This document shows, one piece after another, positions 11,766 to 22,713 of a stretch of 64,000 nt of DNA; positions within the stretch are counted from its first letter, which is position 1; the number at the start of each line of letters is the position of its first letter. Origin of the DNA: Blastocladiella emersonii ATCC 22665 (lineage: Eukaryota; Fungi; Blastocladiomycota). The DNA lies in contig JANHCV010000006.1 in the NCBI GenBank assembly GCA_025594325.1, positions 124,001-188,000 of the forward strand. Direction: 5' to 3'. Position numbers and translations under genes: made by a program. The notes beneath the pieces are model-generated. The model saw nothing but the letters and a program-made list of their open reading frames with translations, did no database searches and was not told where the DNA came from.

Positions 11766-13196
11766 CTAGCTCCCGCCGCCGCGCTTCTTCATGGTCTCAA
11801 AGAACGCCTGGATGTCCTCGGCCGAGACGACGCGGCCCGACTCGGCAAAGTCCTTGAAGTACGACTTGAGCCGCGAGCTGAGGTCGTCCATGGCCTGGAT
11901 CCCTTCGATGGCGCGTACGCGGTCGACGCGCTGCAGCATCTCGACGCCCGCCTCGTACAGCGGCTTGCCCGCGTCCGGGTCCACGTCGGGTGTGATCACG
12001 GGCTCCTCGGCGTACAGGAACGGGAGCGGGAGCGTCTCGGCGCGGTGCTTGCACTAGACACGGAAGCGAGAGGTGAGTTGCGCCAGCGGGTGAAGGTGGG
12101 AAACGGGAGGAAGCGTACCCCGCCGCAGCGACACACCTGGTCCCGCCAGCCGTCGACGAGGAACAGCCATGGAGCCGTGTCGGCAGCGGGCGGCGCCGTG
12201 GAGCTGATGCACACGGCGACGCGCTGGCGTTTCGACGCTGTTGGGCGAGGGGCATCGGGTTCTGGCGAGTGTGGCCGTTTCCGCGTGTTGTCGTCGTTGC
12301 TGGGCGTAGCTGCAGCGGCGGGCACCGCGACGGTCGCCTTGGGCGCGGGTTCCGTTGAACTCGGCGCGCTGGAAGCCTCAGTGGCGGCCGGCGCGACAAT
12401 GTCGATGGGTCGGTCCGCCGACAGCTCGTGAAGCACCGCGAGACCGAGCTACAGTTATTGCGAAAGCACATCAGCGCGATCTTTTGCGTCGTGCAAGCGC
12501 GACGTACCTTGCCCGTGCACGGACCGCAGATCAGGTCGTCGTACGCGTCGCCGTCGGGAAGCTACACGACGGGTCGCGTTCATTAATGCGGTTCGGCACG
12601 GGAATCGGGTATGGGCGACGCACGTTCGGGATGCACGCGTCGTGGAACCAGTCCTGGCACGCGATACACTGGACCATCTCGCGCTTCTCGACGCGCGGGT
12701 CGTACACGGCGTCGCACACGCAGTACCGCTGGCGAAAGTTGTGCCCGTACGTGTTCTCCTCATTCACGGCGCCCTGGGGCTTCTCCTCGAGCGTGCACCC
12801 GCCGCCGCCACACCCGCCGCCGCCACACCCGTCGCGCGCAAACCGCGCAGTCCCGCAGTCGCACCGGAACGCGCGCTTCGTGAACAGCTCTGCGATCTCA
12901 TGGTCGCCGTGGCACTGGATGTGGCACGCGTAGCAGATCCCCGCGGGCTCGACGCCTGAGTCGGCCGGCGTGCACGTCAGGCACACGTAGACGGACTGGT
13001 TGATGTACCCGCGCGCGTAGCTGCACGCGTCCGACTTGTACTGCAGCAGCCGTGCCGCGTCGGCCTCGAGCGCCGCCTCGCGCTGCAGCAGGTCGGACGC
13101 CGTCAGCGTCGCGGGCGCATCGTCGGCGGCAGCATTGCTGGAGACCGTTGCGGTAGATGGCGACTGCAGCGGAGGTTTTTGTGCATTCGAGTCCAT
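11766..13196 (-). CDS. UBR7: UBR7/Mlo2-like E3 ligase (UBR-box zinc finger + PHD), multi-exon
   Basis: CSYARGYINQSVYVCLTC...ICYACHIQCHGDHEIAELFTKRAFRCDCG; NTYGHNF...YCVC...CIACQDWFHDAC; C-terminal helix DRVRAIEGIQAMDDLSSRLKSYFKDFAESGRVVSAEDIQAFF. Confidence 0.9.
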
Positions 13197-13538
13197 GGTG
13201 CTGCGTGGGGTCGGTGAGAGCGAGAACGGGTGCGGCGGTGGGCCGGCGATCAGATCGCGAATGCGGGCCGAGGTTGGTCAGCTGACGTTCACGCGCATAT
13301 GAGCTCGAAGGTGCGACGCGTCGCATACTTGCTGGCGCTCCGAAAAACTTGCACAGGAGCAACTGTTCGAGGCCAAAGAGAAGAAGTCAACGGGATCTGC
13401 CCAATCGAGATGTCGCACGCAACGCGATCATACGCTGGATCATCGCGTACCAGCCAACTTCACGCGCGGCGCGCTCAATGCAATGACTCCGGGGCAACTC
13501 GTCATTGCTGGGCAGAGTAAACGATACATCGAGGTACA

Positions 13539-15057
13539 TCACATCAACCATTCTTCAACAGGATCATCGGCAGGACCAACAGCATCAACTTGGATTGCGT
13601 TGACGCGCTGCAGCGCCTTGGGCGCTTGACTGATCCCAGTCGCCTCCTGCGGCGTCAAAGCGGATGCTTGCGGCAGTAGAGCAGGTGCTGATGACGGGCG
13701 GGGCGTGAGGACGAGCGGTACATCAAGCAAACCGTCCTCCTGAAGTTCCAGCAGCGGCGGCGCGAGGAGATCGGTTGTGCGGACGCGCTTCTGACGCTTC
13801 CGTGCTGCAGCTGTGGTGTGCTCAGGTGCGGAGGAGGGGAGCGTGCTCGCAGAGATGGGTGGTGGTGGAACAGCATCGACTTCGACACACGCTTGAGCTT
13901 GCTGCGTTGGAGCCGTCGATGCTGCTGCATGCACCTTGAGCCGGTGGGCGGCGATCGCTGCAGCAAAGGTCGGGTCAACGGGAGGAATCGCGATGACAAA
14001 GTCACGGAGCACGCGTCGCTGCTGAGTGTCGTTGGGGCGGACGCGGACAAGCTTGGAGGCCATAGAGCAGGTTGGTCTGGACGAGAAACGGAAGCGGAGT
14101 TGCAACCCTGGTCCGGTTGCGGCTGCTTCTTCTCCTTGGTGGGAAGCGCGGGCGGCGTCGAGGTAGAGAGCAGCGGAGACGAAGCGGAAGCAGCAAGCGA
14201 ATTGCGAGTGGAGGCAGTGGGGGCCGGTCGCGATGGAGTGGCGGGTAGCGACGGCGACGGTGATGGCGAGGAAGTGGTCCGTGGCGAGGCGGCGCCACCG
14301 TCCCGAGAAGGCGGAAGCGGCGCGACCAAGGAGTCATCACCAAGCGCGAGCGCGCCGGCTTCGGGCTGCGGCACATGACGCTTGCGAACCGTTCTGGTCG
14401 CGACCGGGACACGCCGCTCCCGCGCATCCAGTGCTGCCGGGTCGAGTGCGGGAAGCCTCGGTGGCGGCGGCGGAAGCCCGCGCACCGACATGGGCAAGAT
14501 CCGGGAGACAAGCGATTGGACGCGGGACCGACGCGCGCGCTCGGCCTCGTCAAGCGGAAGCGCACCCAGCAGGCTGGCGGGGCCCTCGACCGACTTGGGC
14601 GTGAGCGGCGGCAGGGGCACTTCGGCCGCGTTGAAGCGAAGCGGCGGGCCCAAGCCAGCGTGGTGGGCGCGGCAGTGAGCGTCGCGCTCGTCCAGGGCCG
14701 CTGCACGCGCATGTACTCGGCCGTGAGCTTGGTGAATCCATCGAGCGCGGCAAGCAGCTTGCGCTCGAGGGTGGCGTTGATAGACTCGCAAGCGGACAAG
14801 GCGGTCTGCGTGGCCTCGAGCTCCTTCTTCGTGAGCTCGTGTTGCTACGATGGCGCGCTGGGGTCAGCGCAGCGCGCCTTGCGCGACACAGGCGATCGTA
14901 CTTGGCGCAACTCGGCGTGTTCTTTCGTGTGCTCCCGCACGGCAGCCAGCTGCTGCTCGACGTGAGCGAACGCGTCGTTGCCCTCGGGTTGAGGGTCAAG
15001 CTGCGCCCGGCCCGCGACGGAAGCCGGCGGCATGAAGCGGGGCGGCGGAGCGATCAT
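13539..15057 (-). pseudogene. Chimeric, apparently frameshifted paralogue of the 15740-18679 gene with a coiled-coil 5' part
   Basis: Canonical 57-nt intron (14901-14845) joins exon 1 to a coiled-coil exon. Similarity to the neighbour then continues in two other frames (ALALGDDSLVAPLPP; RRVLRDFVIAIPP...AAAIAAHRLK; LQRVNAIQVDAVGPADDPVEEWLM*). No canonical intron found to reconcile the frames. Confidence 0.55.
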
Positions 15058-15739
15058 CGGGGATGCGCGGATCGGAGTTGATTCGTAGTGTTACGTTGCG
15101 TGGAAGCGGATATCAAGTTGGACTGGGCGAGAGAGAGAGAACGGGCGGCGGCGCCAACTGGGCAGTCGGATCGGTCGCCCGCCCGCCAGTCGCGCGGCGC
15201 AAACCCGAGACGCGTTGCGCTCGGCCTCGGCCCGAGTGCATCGCTGAGCGCGTCGGCACCGTCACACAATGGCATGAAGTGTGACCGTCTCATGCACCGG
15301 AACGGATTCACCAAGCGGACGAGCTCGCGACTGACGCGGATCGGCGGCGCGACGGAGGTCCTGTCGCTAAGTCGCGAAGCCGCAAAGCACGGGCGCGCGC
15401 TGGGGTGCGCGCTGCTCCATGTCGGTGCCGACCAGAAGAGCGTCCTCCTGCGGAAGCAGCGACTGGGCTCGCAGCCGGCGAAGTGGCCGCGGCCTCACTC
15501 GAGAAGGCGTCGCGTCGATGCAACCGTGGTGCGCTCCGCTCCAAGTTGCCGCGAGTGGCAGCGACGACCATGACGGCAGACCAATTTCATAAGAATGCGT
15601 CGTCTTCTATGAGCACCGAGCTTCATTGGGGAGCGAGAGAGCGAAGCGAGCTCAAGCGGCTCGCGGGACGTGCTCAGGGGAACCGTCCCCCACCGTCGCC
15701 CGTCGCGTCGCTCATTTCGAGGGTACACGATCCATGTCA

Positions 15740-18679
15740 TCAACTCAACAATTCATCAACAGGACCGTTCTCGGCATCCAGAACATCGACCTTGCACACC
15801 TCGACGCGCCTGAGCGCGATGGACATGCGCCGGATCCCCGCCGCCTCCTGCGGGGCTGACACGGGCGGCGCCAGCGGCGCTGGCGGAGCGCGCAAACACG
15901 CCGCGTGGGGGGATTCGACAAAGTCCTCGATCGACCCCTCGCTGGGAATCGGGTGAAGCGGCAGCGGGGCGGAGTTCAAGAGCAGCGTCGACCGCCGCCG
16001 CGTTGAGTGCGTGGTGGGCGCGGGCGACTGGGAGCGCGTCGACTTGGGCGCCGGAGCGGCGGGGGTTTGTGTGAGCGCCTGCGATGGCCGTGGTGCCGAG
16101 ACCCGTGGGGTGGAACGACGCGAGGGGACGGCTGCGTGTGTCGATGGCTCCAACTCGAGACGAGGTGGATCCGCGGTGGATGGTGCAGCGGGACCAGCGG
16201 TCAACGGTGCCGCTGGCGACGCGGCAGGCGCAGCTGGGGAGCTCGCGGCGGCGGCGGCGAGCGCGGCGGACTTGGCCTGCGCCCGGGTGCGGCGTGGGAG
16301 CGGTGCGGCGGCCGCACCCACCTGGTCGACGTGTTGCGCGACAGGCTCGCCGCGGTCAGCGACGAGAGCGGCGGCGGGACGCGCTGGTGCAGCTGGTTCG
16401 GCCGACTTGGCGGCAGCGTCCGGAGGTGGACTCGCGCGTGGAACAGAGCAAGGTCTGCCCACGCGACGGGGAGCGGGCGCAGGAAGCGAGGTCTCGAGCG
16501 CGGCCGCGGGCGGTGAAGACGCGAGCACGGTCGACGAGGACGTATCGGCGACCGCTTTGCCTGCACGCGCGCGAGTCGCAGGTTTCGCGGCCGATGATGA
16601 TGCTGCAGCGGTCGAACTCAGCGACGCAGCAGCGTGGGATCGAGGAGGACGGCCGGCGGCGGCGGGTGCGGCGGGATCGGCAGCAGGAACCACGTCCAAA
16701 CTCGCAGCCGAGTCGGTGGGTGCAGTAGCAGCAGCCTCGATCGCGTGCTGCGGGACGCGGCGCGGGCGGCCAGGGCCGCGCTTCGCGGGAGCGACGGGGG
16801 CGAGAACAGCGGGCGCGGGGACGGCGGGTGCGGGCACGTCGGGCCCTGGTGATACGGCTGGAGCTGCGTTCGGTCCCGCGGCCGAGTCGCTGGGCGCAGG
16901 AGCGACAGCAATCGCGACGCTCGGCTGCGGGACGCGACGCGGACGGCCAGGGCCGCGCTTCGCGGGAGCGGCGGGGGCGGGAACAGCGGGAGCGGGAACA
17001 GCGGGAGCGGCGGGGGCGGGAGCAGCGGACGCGAGAGGGTAGGAGCCCGGGACGGCAGCTGTTACTGGCAGTACGGCTGGAACTGCGCTCGGTCCCGCGG
17101 CCGAGTCGGTGGGCGTAGCAGCGGCAGCGATCGCGACGCTCGGCTGCGGGACGCGACGCGGACGGCCAGGGCCGCGCTTCGCGGGAGCGGCGGGGGCGGG
17201 AACAGCGGGCGCGGGGGCAGCAGCGGGTGCGAGCGCGTTGGAGCCCTGGAAAGCAGCTGGCACATGTGCTGCATCTGAGACGGGGCTCGGTTCCGCGGCC
17301 GAGCCAGTGTTCACAACAGCGGCAGCAGTCGCGACGCTCGGCTGCGGAACGCGACGTGGACGACCGCGACCGCGCTTAGCGGCAGCGACGGGCGCGGGAA
17401 CAGCGGGCGCGAGGTGGTCCGAGTCCTGCACGGAAGCCGGCGCTGGCGATACAGCGGCAGCAAAGGCAGCTGCGGCGTTTGCCTGCGTGTTGCGGCGTGG
17501 ACGGCCGCGGCCGCGGGGAGCGGGAGCGGGTGCGACAGCAGCAGGCGCAGGAGCAGGTGCAGGAGCAAGAAACGCGCTTGGTCCCGCGGGCGAGCTAGCG
17601 GGCGCGGCGGCCGACTCCTGCGACTTGCGGCGGTGCGCGGTGACGGCGGCCGCGATCTCGGCCTGGGGGTCGCCGATCGGGATCACAAAGTCCGGGAACG
17701 TGCGCCTTGGCGCGCCGGGCGGCGATCGTAGGGCGACGAGGGCAGCGAAACTCGTGGGATCCAGCCGTTGCCGCTTATTCACGGCGTCGGCAGCGGCGGG
17801 CGCGTCGGCTGCACGAGCGCGTTTCCGCGGCGCGGGTGGCGACGTTGCGACGACAGTGTCGCCCAACACCAACGTCGACGAGGAACACGGCGGGCTCGGG
17901 AGCACGAGCGTCATCGGCGGTCCGTCAACGAGTTCGTCGAACCGCTCGCTCTGGGGGACGGGTCCGGCGTTGGGCGGGAGGATGATAGGCCGGTTGCGCG
18001 AGGCGCGGCGCGGCGGCCGGGGTGCGGGGACACGCGGCGCGTTGGGCATGTGCTGGTGGTGGAGCTCGGCGATCAGGCCGACGAGGTGCGCCTCGTTGTC
18101 CTCGTAGGTGCGGAGGGCGGCGGAGGGCGCAGCAGCGCGAGGGCGCATCGAGACGAGGATGTCCGAGTCGTCCGAGTCGGAGCCCGAGTGCGCGTCGTCG
18201 TCGTCGCCGGAGGAAGATCCCGACTCGGGCGTCCCAGAAGCAGCGTCATCGTCTTCGGCGGCGGACCCTGCCTCCTCGCCGCAGTCGCTCGCACTCGCAG
18301 GCTCCTCCTCTTCCACGGCGTCCGCGTCGCGCCCCCTTGCGAGCGTCCCGAACGCGTACCGGCCGGGCTGGCTCAGGAACCCGCTGCCGGACTCGTCCTC
18401 GTACACGGCGTCGTCGTCGTGGAGGTCGATCTCGACGTCGTCCTCGAACTGGTGCGAGTAGCGGAAGTAGATGTCGTCGAGCTCGGCCTGGAACCGCGAC
18501 ACGGACGCGGCGCGCTGCTTGTGCAGCGGCAGCGCCGGGTCGGGCGGCGGCGGGCACACGAAGCTGCGCGAGGGCACGCCAATGGTGTCGGCGAGACGCA
18601 GCCTCGGCCGCGGCGCCGGCGGGGACGGTGGTGGGGACGGCGTTGGGTCGGGCCGGCGTCGGCGGCGGGGTTGCGTCAT
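15740..18679 (-). CDS. Scm3/HJURP-like CENP-A chaperone domain protein with multiple AT-hooks (979 aa, intronless)
   Basis: aa 47-86 DPALPLHKQRAASVSRFQAELDDIYFRYSHQFEDDVEIDL resembles the Scm3 motif (R..S..RF...I..KY...F...EIDL). AT-hook-like RGRGRPRR x2, KRGPGRPRR x3. Confidence 0.7.
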   Translation of the reverse strand: MTQPRRRRRPDPTPSPPPSPPAPRPRLRLADTIGVPSRSFVCPPPPDPALPLHKQRAASVSRFQAELDDIYFRYSHQFEDDVEIDLHDDDAVYEDESGSGFLSQPGRYAFGTLARGRDADAVEEEEPASASDCGEEAGSAAEDDDAASGTPESGSSSGDDDDAHSGSDSDDSDILVSMRPRAAAPSAALRTYEDNEAHLVGLIAELHHQHMPNAPRVPAPRPPRRASRNRPIILPPNAGPVPQSERFDELVDGPPMTLVLPSPPCSSSTLVLGDTVVATSPPAPRKRARAADAPAAADAVNKRQRLDPTSFAALVALRSPPGAPRRTFPDFVIPIGDPQAEIAAAVTAHRRKSQESAAAPASSPAGPSAFLAPAPAPAPAAVAPAPAPRGRGRPRRNTQANAAAAFAAAVSPAPASVQDSDHLAPAVPAPVAAAKRGRGRPRRVPQPSVATAAAVVNTGSAAEPSPVSDAAHVPAAFQGSNALAPAAAPAPAVPAPAAPAKRGPGRPRRVPQPSVAIAAAATPTDSAAGPSAVPAVLPVTAAVPGSYPLASAAPAPAAPAVPAPAVPAPAAPAKRGPGRPRRVPQPSVAIAVAPAPSDSAAGPNAAPAVSPGPDVPAPAVPAPAVLAPVAPAKRGPGRPRRVPQHAIEAAATAPTDSAASLDVVPAADPAAPAAAGRPPRSHAAASLSSTAAASSSAAKPATRARAGKAVADTSSSTVLASSPPAAALETSLPAPAPRRVGRPCSVPRASPPPDAAAKSAEPAAPARPAAALVADRGEPVAQHVDQVGAAAAPLPRRTRAQAKSAALAAAAASSPAAPAASPAAPLTAGPAAPSTADPPRLELEPSTHAAVPSRRSTPRVSAPRPSQALTQTPAAPAPKSTRSQSPAPTTHSTRRRSTLLLNSAPLPLHPIPSEGSIEDFVESPHAACLRAPPAPLAPPVSAPQEAAGIRRMSIALRRVEVCKVDVLDAENGPVDELLS
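16740..17520. repeat. In-frame tandem repeat array (period ~177-219 bp), each unit carrying one AT-hook
   Basis: KRG[PR]GRPRRV coded at 16757-16783, 16934-16960, 17153-17179 and 17351-17377. Units share long near-identical DNA, e.g. CGCGACGCTCGGCTGCGGGACGCGACGCGGACGGCCAGGGCCGCGCTTCGCGGGAGCGGCGGGGGCGGGAACAGCGGG. Confidence 0.85.
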
Positions 18680-18906
18680 GTTTTTAGTGCTTCATGTGGG
18701 GGTGGTTCGTTGCAGAGCGTGGTGAGGGAGGGGAGCGGCGAAGCGGCGCGACGACCGTCGACTCTCTGCCCGCGCAGCGCATCGTCGCCCCGGCTGCCGC
18801 CGACCTCGCCTCTCCCCTCGACAAGCGAAAAACAGAGGATACAACGGCGTAGATGGTACATAATGGTGGCGTGATAGATAGGATAGGATACAAATTCACC
18901 ACTCTC

Positions 18907-21900
18907 TCACTCGTCCTCGACCGCGACGCCCGCCGCGCCGAGGACCGCGTCCACGTCGTTGACATCGACGTCCATGTTCCCGGCCTCGGCGATGACCGGG
19001 TTGACGAGCTGCGCCGCCTGCTGCTGCTGCTGCACCAGGACCGGCGCCGGCGCCAGCGGTGGAGGCACCACAACCGCCGCCGCTGCTGCCGCGACAGCTG
19101 CCGCCGCGGCCGCGAGGTTCGCCGCCGCCCCACCTCCACCGCCGCCGGCGCGCGGTGGCGGGTCAACGACCTCGATCCGCCTCGCCTCGCGCGGGTACAC
19201 GTGCGCGATGCGGTCGAGGTCGCGCTTGCGGACGTGCGGGCCCGACACGGTGAGCCGGCGGAGCGACGCGAGCCCGCGCTGCGCGACGAACCACAGCGTC
19301 TCGACCGTGACGCGCGACTCGGTCACGACCAGGTACCGCAGCGACGGCACCGAGTACACGAGCTGCAGGATCCCCGGGTCCGTCAGGAGCGACGCGTAGT
19401 GGATGTGCAGCACGCGGAGCGGGGCCGCCGCGGAGGTTGGCAGTGTTGCGGGTGAGGCGTGCGCGTCGGCGTCGTGCGCTGGTGGCGGGGTGGACGCGCC
19501 CGAGCCCGTCGCACCGCCGTCCCCGTCGTCGCCGCCGAGCTGTTGCGGGGGCGGGGTCGCTGTGCCGCCGCCCGCCTCGACTGCCGCACCCCCGGCGAGG
19601 TCGAGCGTGGACGCGGACCCGGCATTTGCCGCGACGGCAGCGATCCCGACGGCCGCGGGCACCCCGCCAGGCCGCCCAGGCACCGTGATCTGCCCCGCGG
19701 CCGCGGTGAGCTGGTGGACGTACTCGCGGATATCCGCGTTGCGCAGTGCGAACCCGTTCTTGATCCGCAGCTCGCGGAGCGCGGGCATGCGGGCCGTCGA
19801 GACGAGGACGGGTCCGGCGACGTGGCCCCACAGCTCGAGCGTCGAGATGGCGAGGCACCGCGTCGCGATCAGGTCGATGTTGGCCGCGTAGTGCTTGCAC
19901 TCGAGCGCGAGCAGCGACAGGGCGTCGGGGGCCTCGGACGAGACGGGCGGCGGGGTCGGGGCCGGCGACTCGCCGCCGCCTGCCTGGAGCAGCGGGGACA
20001 TCGGGTCGCCCGGGTCAACGAGGTCGGGCACCTCGCCGAGCCCGCCGGCCAGCTGCGGGAGCGCGTCGGACCCGAACACGCCGGGGAGCTCGGGCTCGGC
20101 CGCCATGAACGCGTCGAACGCGGCCGCCGCGGCTGCCGCACCTCCGCCACCTCCAGCACCCGGCGCGAGTCCGCGGTCGCCGAGGGCAATGTTGGTGGGG
20201 TCGAGCGACACGGCGTCGTCGACGACGGCTCCGGGCGGCGGGCGGTACTCGAAGGGCGCGAGAATCAGCGTGCGCAGCTGTGCGAGCGAGGCGATAGCGC
20301 GGGCGACGATGCGGGTGAACACGAGGTGCTTGATGTACAGGGCGCGCAGGTTGGGCGCCATGGCGATGAGGTGCGCGACGCCGTCGGGCACGCGGCGTGG
20401 GCGGTTGCGCGGGTGATCGATGGTGAGCGACGTCAGGTGCACGAGCGGCGTGGCGATCGCCAGGAGGTCGCGCTCGGGGACCACCACGTTGCCGATCGTC
20501 AGCAGACGCACCCACTGCAGCGGGATCGACGAGAAGTAGTGGCCCGTCAGCGGCAGGTGCCACAGGTTCAGCTCGTGCAGCCGACCGCGACCGTTGGCCG
20601 ACAGGATCCACGCGATCGCCTGGTCGGGCGTCACGGGCGCGGTGGCCGCCGCCGACGCGGTCCCGCCGGCGGGAACGGGTGGTGGCGGCACGGACGCATC
20701 GGCGGCGTCGTCGACCAGCATCGGCTGCGTGCCCTCCTCCTCGTCGCCGCCCTCCTGCGGTTGGTGGTGCTGCAGGATCCCGGGCCACGGGCCGGGTACG
20801 GCGCGGCGCATCTCGGTGAGGCGAAGGCTGCGGTCGGGCTGGAGGTGGAGGAGGCGGAGGTTTCTGCAGTGGGCGGCGATGGTGCAGAGGTGGTCCGTCG
20901 AGAGGTTGGTGACCCAGTAGAGCCCAAACTGGCTGAGCGCCGTGAGCGGGATGAGGACGCCGCCGGGGACCGTGGCGAAGCGGCACGCGTGGCGCGGGTG
21001 GTGGAAGGGCGGCGTGCTCCCGTCGGCGTCGGCGTCGCCGGTGGCGGCGCGCACGGTGCACCGGCACGCGTCGAGCGCCCACGACGCGGGCCCGCGGTAC
21101 GCGAGCGTGACGCGCTTGGTCGACGTGCACCGCTCGAGCAGCACGCGGCGGATCCGCGTGATGAACTTGTGCATCTCGTACGGGTTCGTGATGTTATACA
21201 CCATGATCACGATCTTGCGCACAAACGTCAGGTACGGGTACGTCAGGCGCGAGGCTGCGGGCGACGCGGACGCGGATGCGGCGGCGCACGGCGGGAGGCG
21301 CGCCGCCGGGTCGAGACCGACATTGTCATGATCATCATTATCGTCGCTCGGCTCAACGGGGTCGGCGCACGCGATCATGTCGGCCTCGAGCACGTCGAGG
21401 ATCTTGACGAGACGCGTCTCGGGGAACGACGGCATCCAGCAGCCAATGGAGCGCCACAGGCACTCGGCGGCGAGGCGCGACAGGCGGCGGTTGAGGAACA
21501 GGCAGCGGAAGCGCGCCACCTTGGGCAGGACGTGGAAGATGGCGCACACCTGGGCGAGGCAGGGGCGAGGGGCGAGGCAAAAGGCGGCAAGTCAGTGGGC
21601 GGCGGCGGTTGCAGGAGGCAAACGGTGACTGGTCGGACGCACCAGCTCGTCGGGCAGCATCGAGAGGCGGTCGAGGACGCGCTCCTCATCGGGCTCGCGG
21701 GGCTCGGACTCGTCGGACGATGCGGGTGGCGCGTCGGGGAAACCGGCAAGGAGGAGGGTGCCCGTGCGCGAGTGGACGGCCATGACGAGGTCCGAGGCCG
21801 GCGCGTAGTCCGCGGGTACTGGGTCGGGGACGGCGTCGGTCGCGAGCGGCGCAGGTGGTGGGAGCGAGACGTCCATGGCGTCCGAGGCAGGCATCTTGCC

Positions 21901-22713
21901 TAATGCCGGTGGTGGCGCGGGATGGTCGTGGGGTGGTGGTGCGGCGGTCGCAGCAGGGACGAGCGCGAGCGGTGGTGCCGCGGCGTCGACGGAAACGGCA
22001 GCGGGTATTGCGTCGGTCGCCATGGGCTCGGGCGAGGCGAGGTGCGCGTCCACAGACGACATGGCGAGCGGCAGTGGGGGCGCAGCCACAACGGGCGCCG
22101 GCGACGGCGCGGCGACGGCGACGCGTCTGCGCGCAGCAGCCGGCGGGCGCGCGTAGGGGGCTGCGCGCGGCGGGAGCGCGTTGGGCGCGTCGGTCGTGCT
22201 CGCGGCGGGGCTGGAAGATGAACTGCGCGCAGCAGCAGTCGACGCGCGGCGGACGTGGGCGCGGCGGGCGAGGCGGGGCGCAGGCGGCAGCGGCGGCGGC
22301 GGCGGGTCTGTGATGATGGCGGCGGGGAGACGCGCGCGCGGGGTCGGCGCAGCAGCAGCGGGGAGCGGGCGGTGCAGGGGAAAGGTGGAGGCGCGGTCCG
22401 AGGGATGAATGGACGCGGCGCGATGGATCGGCAATGGGAGGGACCACGGTCGCCGACGCGCGACGAGGGCCTCGAGCGGGTCGCTGGCGGGCGGGCGGCG
22501 GGGCCGATGCGGCGAGTTGCGTAGCGGAGCGGCGTGTGGGGCGACCGGCGGCGGGGGGAGGGGCGGGCCTGGGAACAAGGCGGCGAACCGACCGCGGTCG
22601 CTGCGGTGGCGCCCTGCCATTCCGTTGCTGCACGTCCCGTGACTCGCGGCACCGCGTGACGGGCCGCTGTGGCGCAGCGCGTCCCCTCTGCTGGCCTCGA
22701 CGACCGTCGCCAT
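18907..22713 (-). CDS. F-box / leucine-rich-repeat (RNI-like) protein (exons ~22713-21643, 21549-18907; start uncertain)
   Basis: Splicing the 93-nt intron rebuilds the F-box LSMLPDELVCAIFHVLPKVARFRCLFLNRRLSRLAAECLWRSI. Multiple LRR-like units follow (CRNLRLLHL, LHELNL, LTSLTI, LRALYI, LRTLIL, LRELRI, LRYLVV). Confidence 0.8.
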
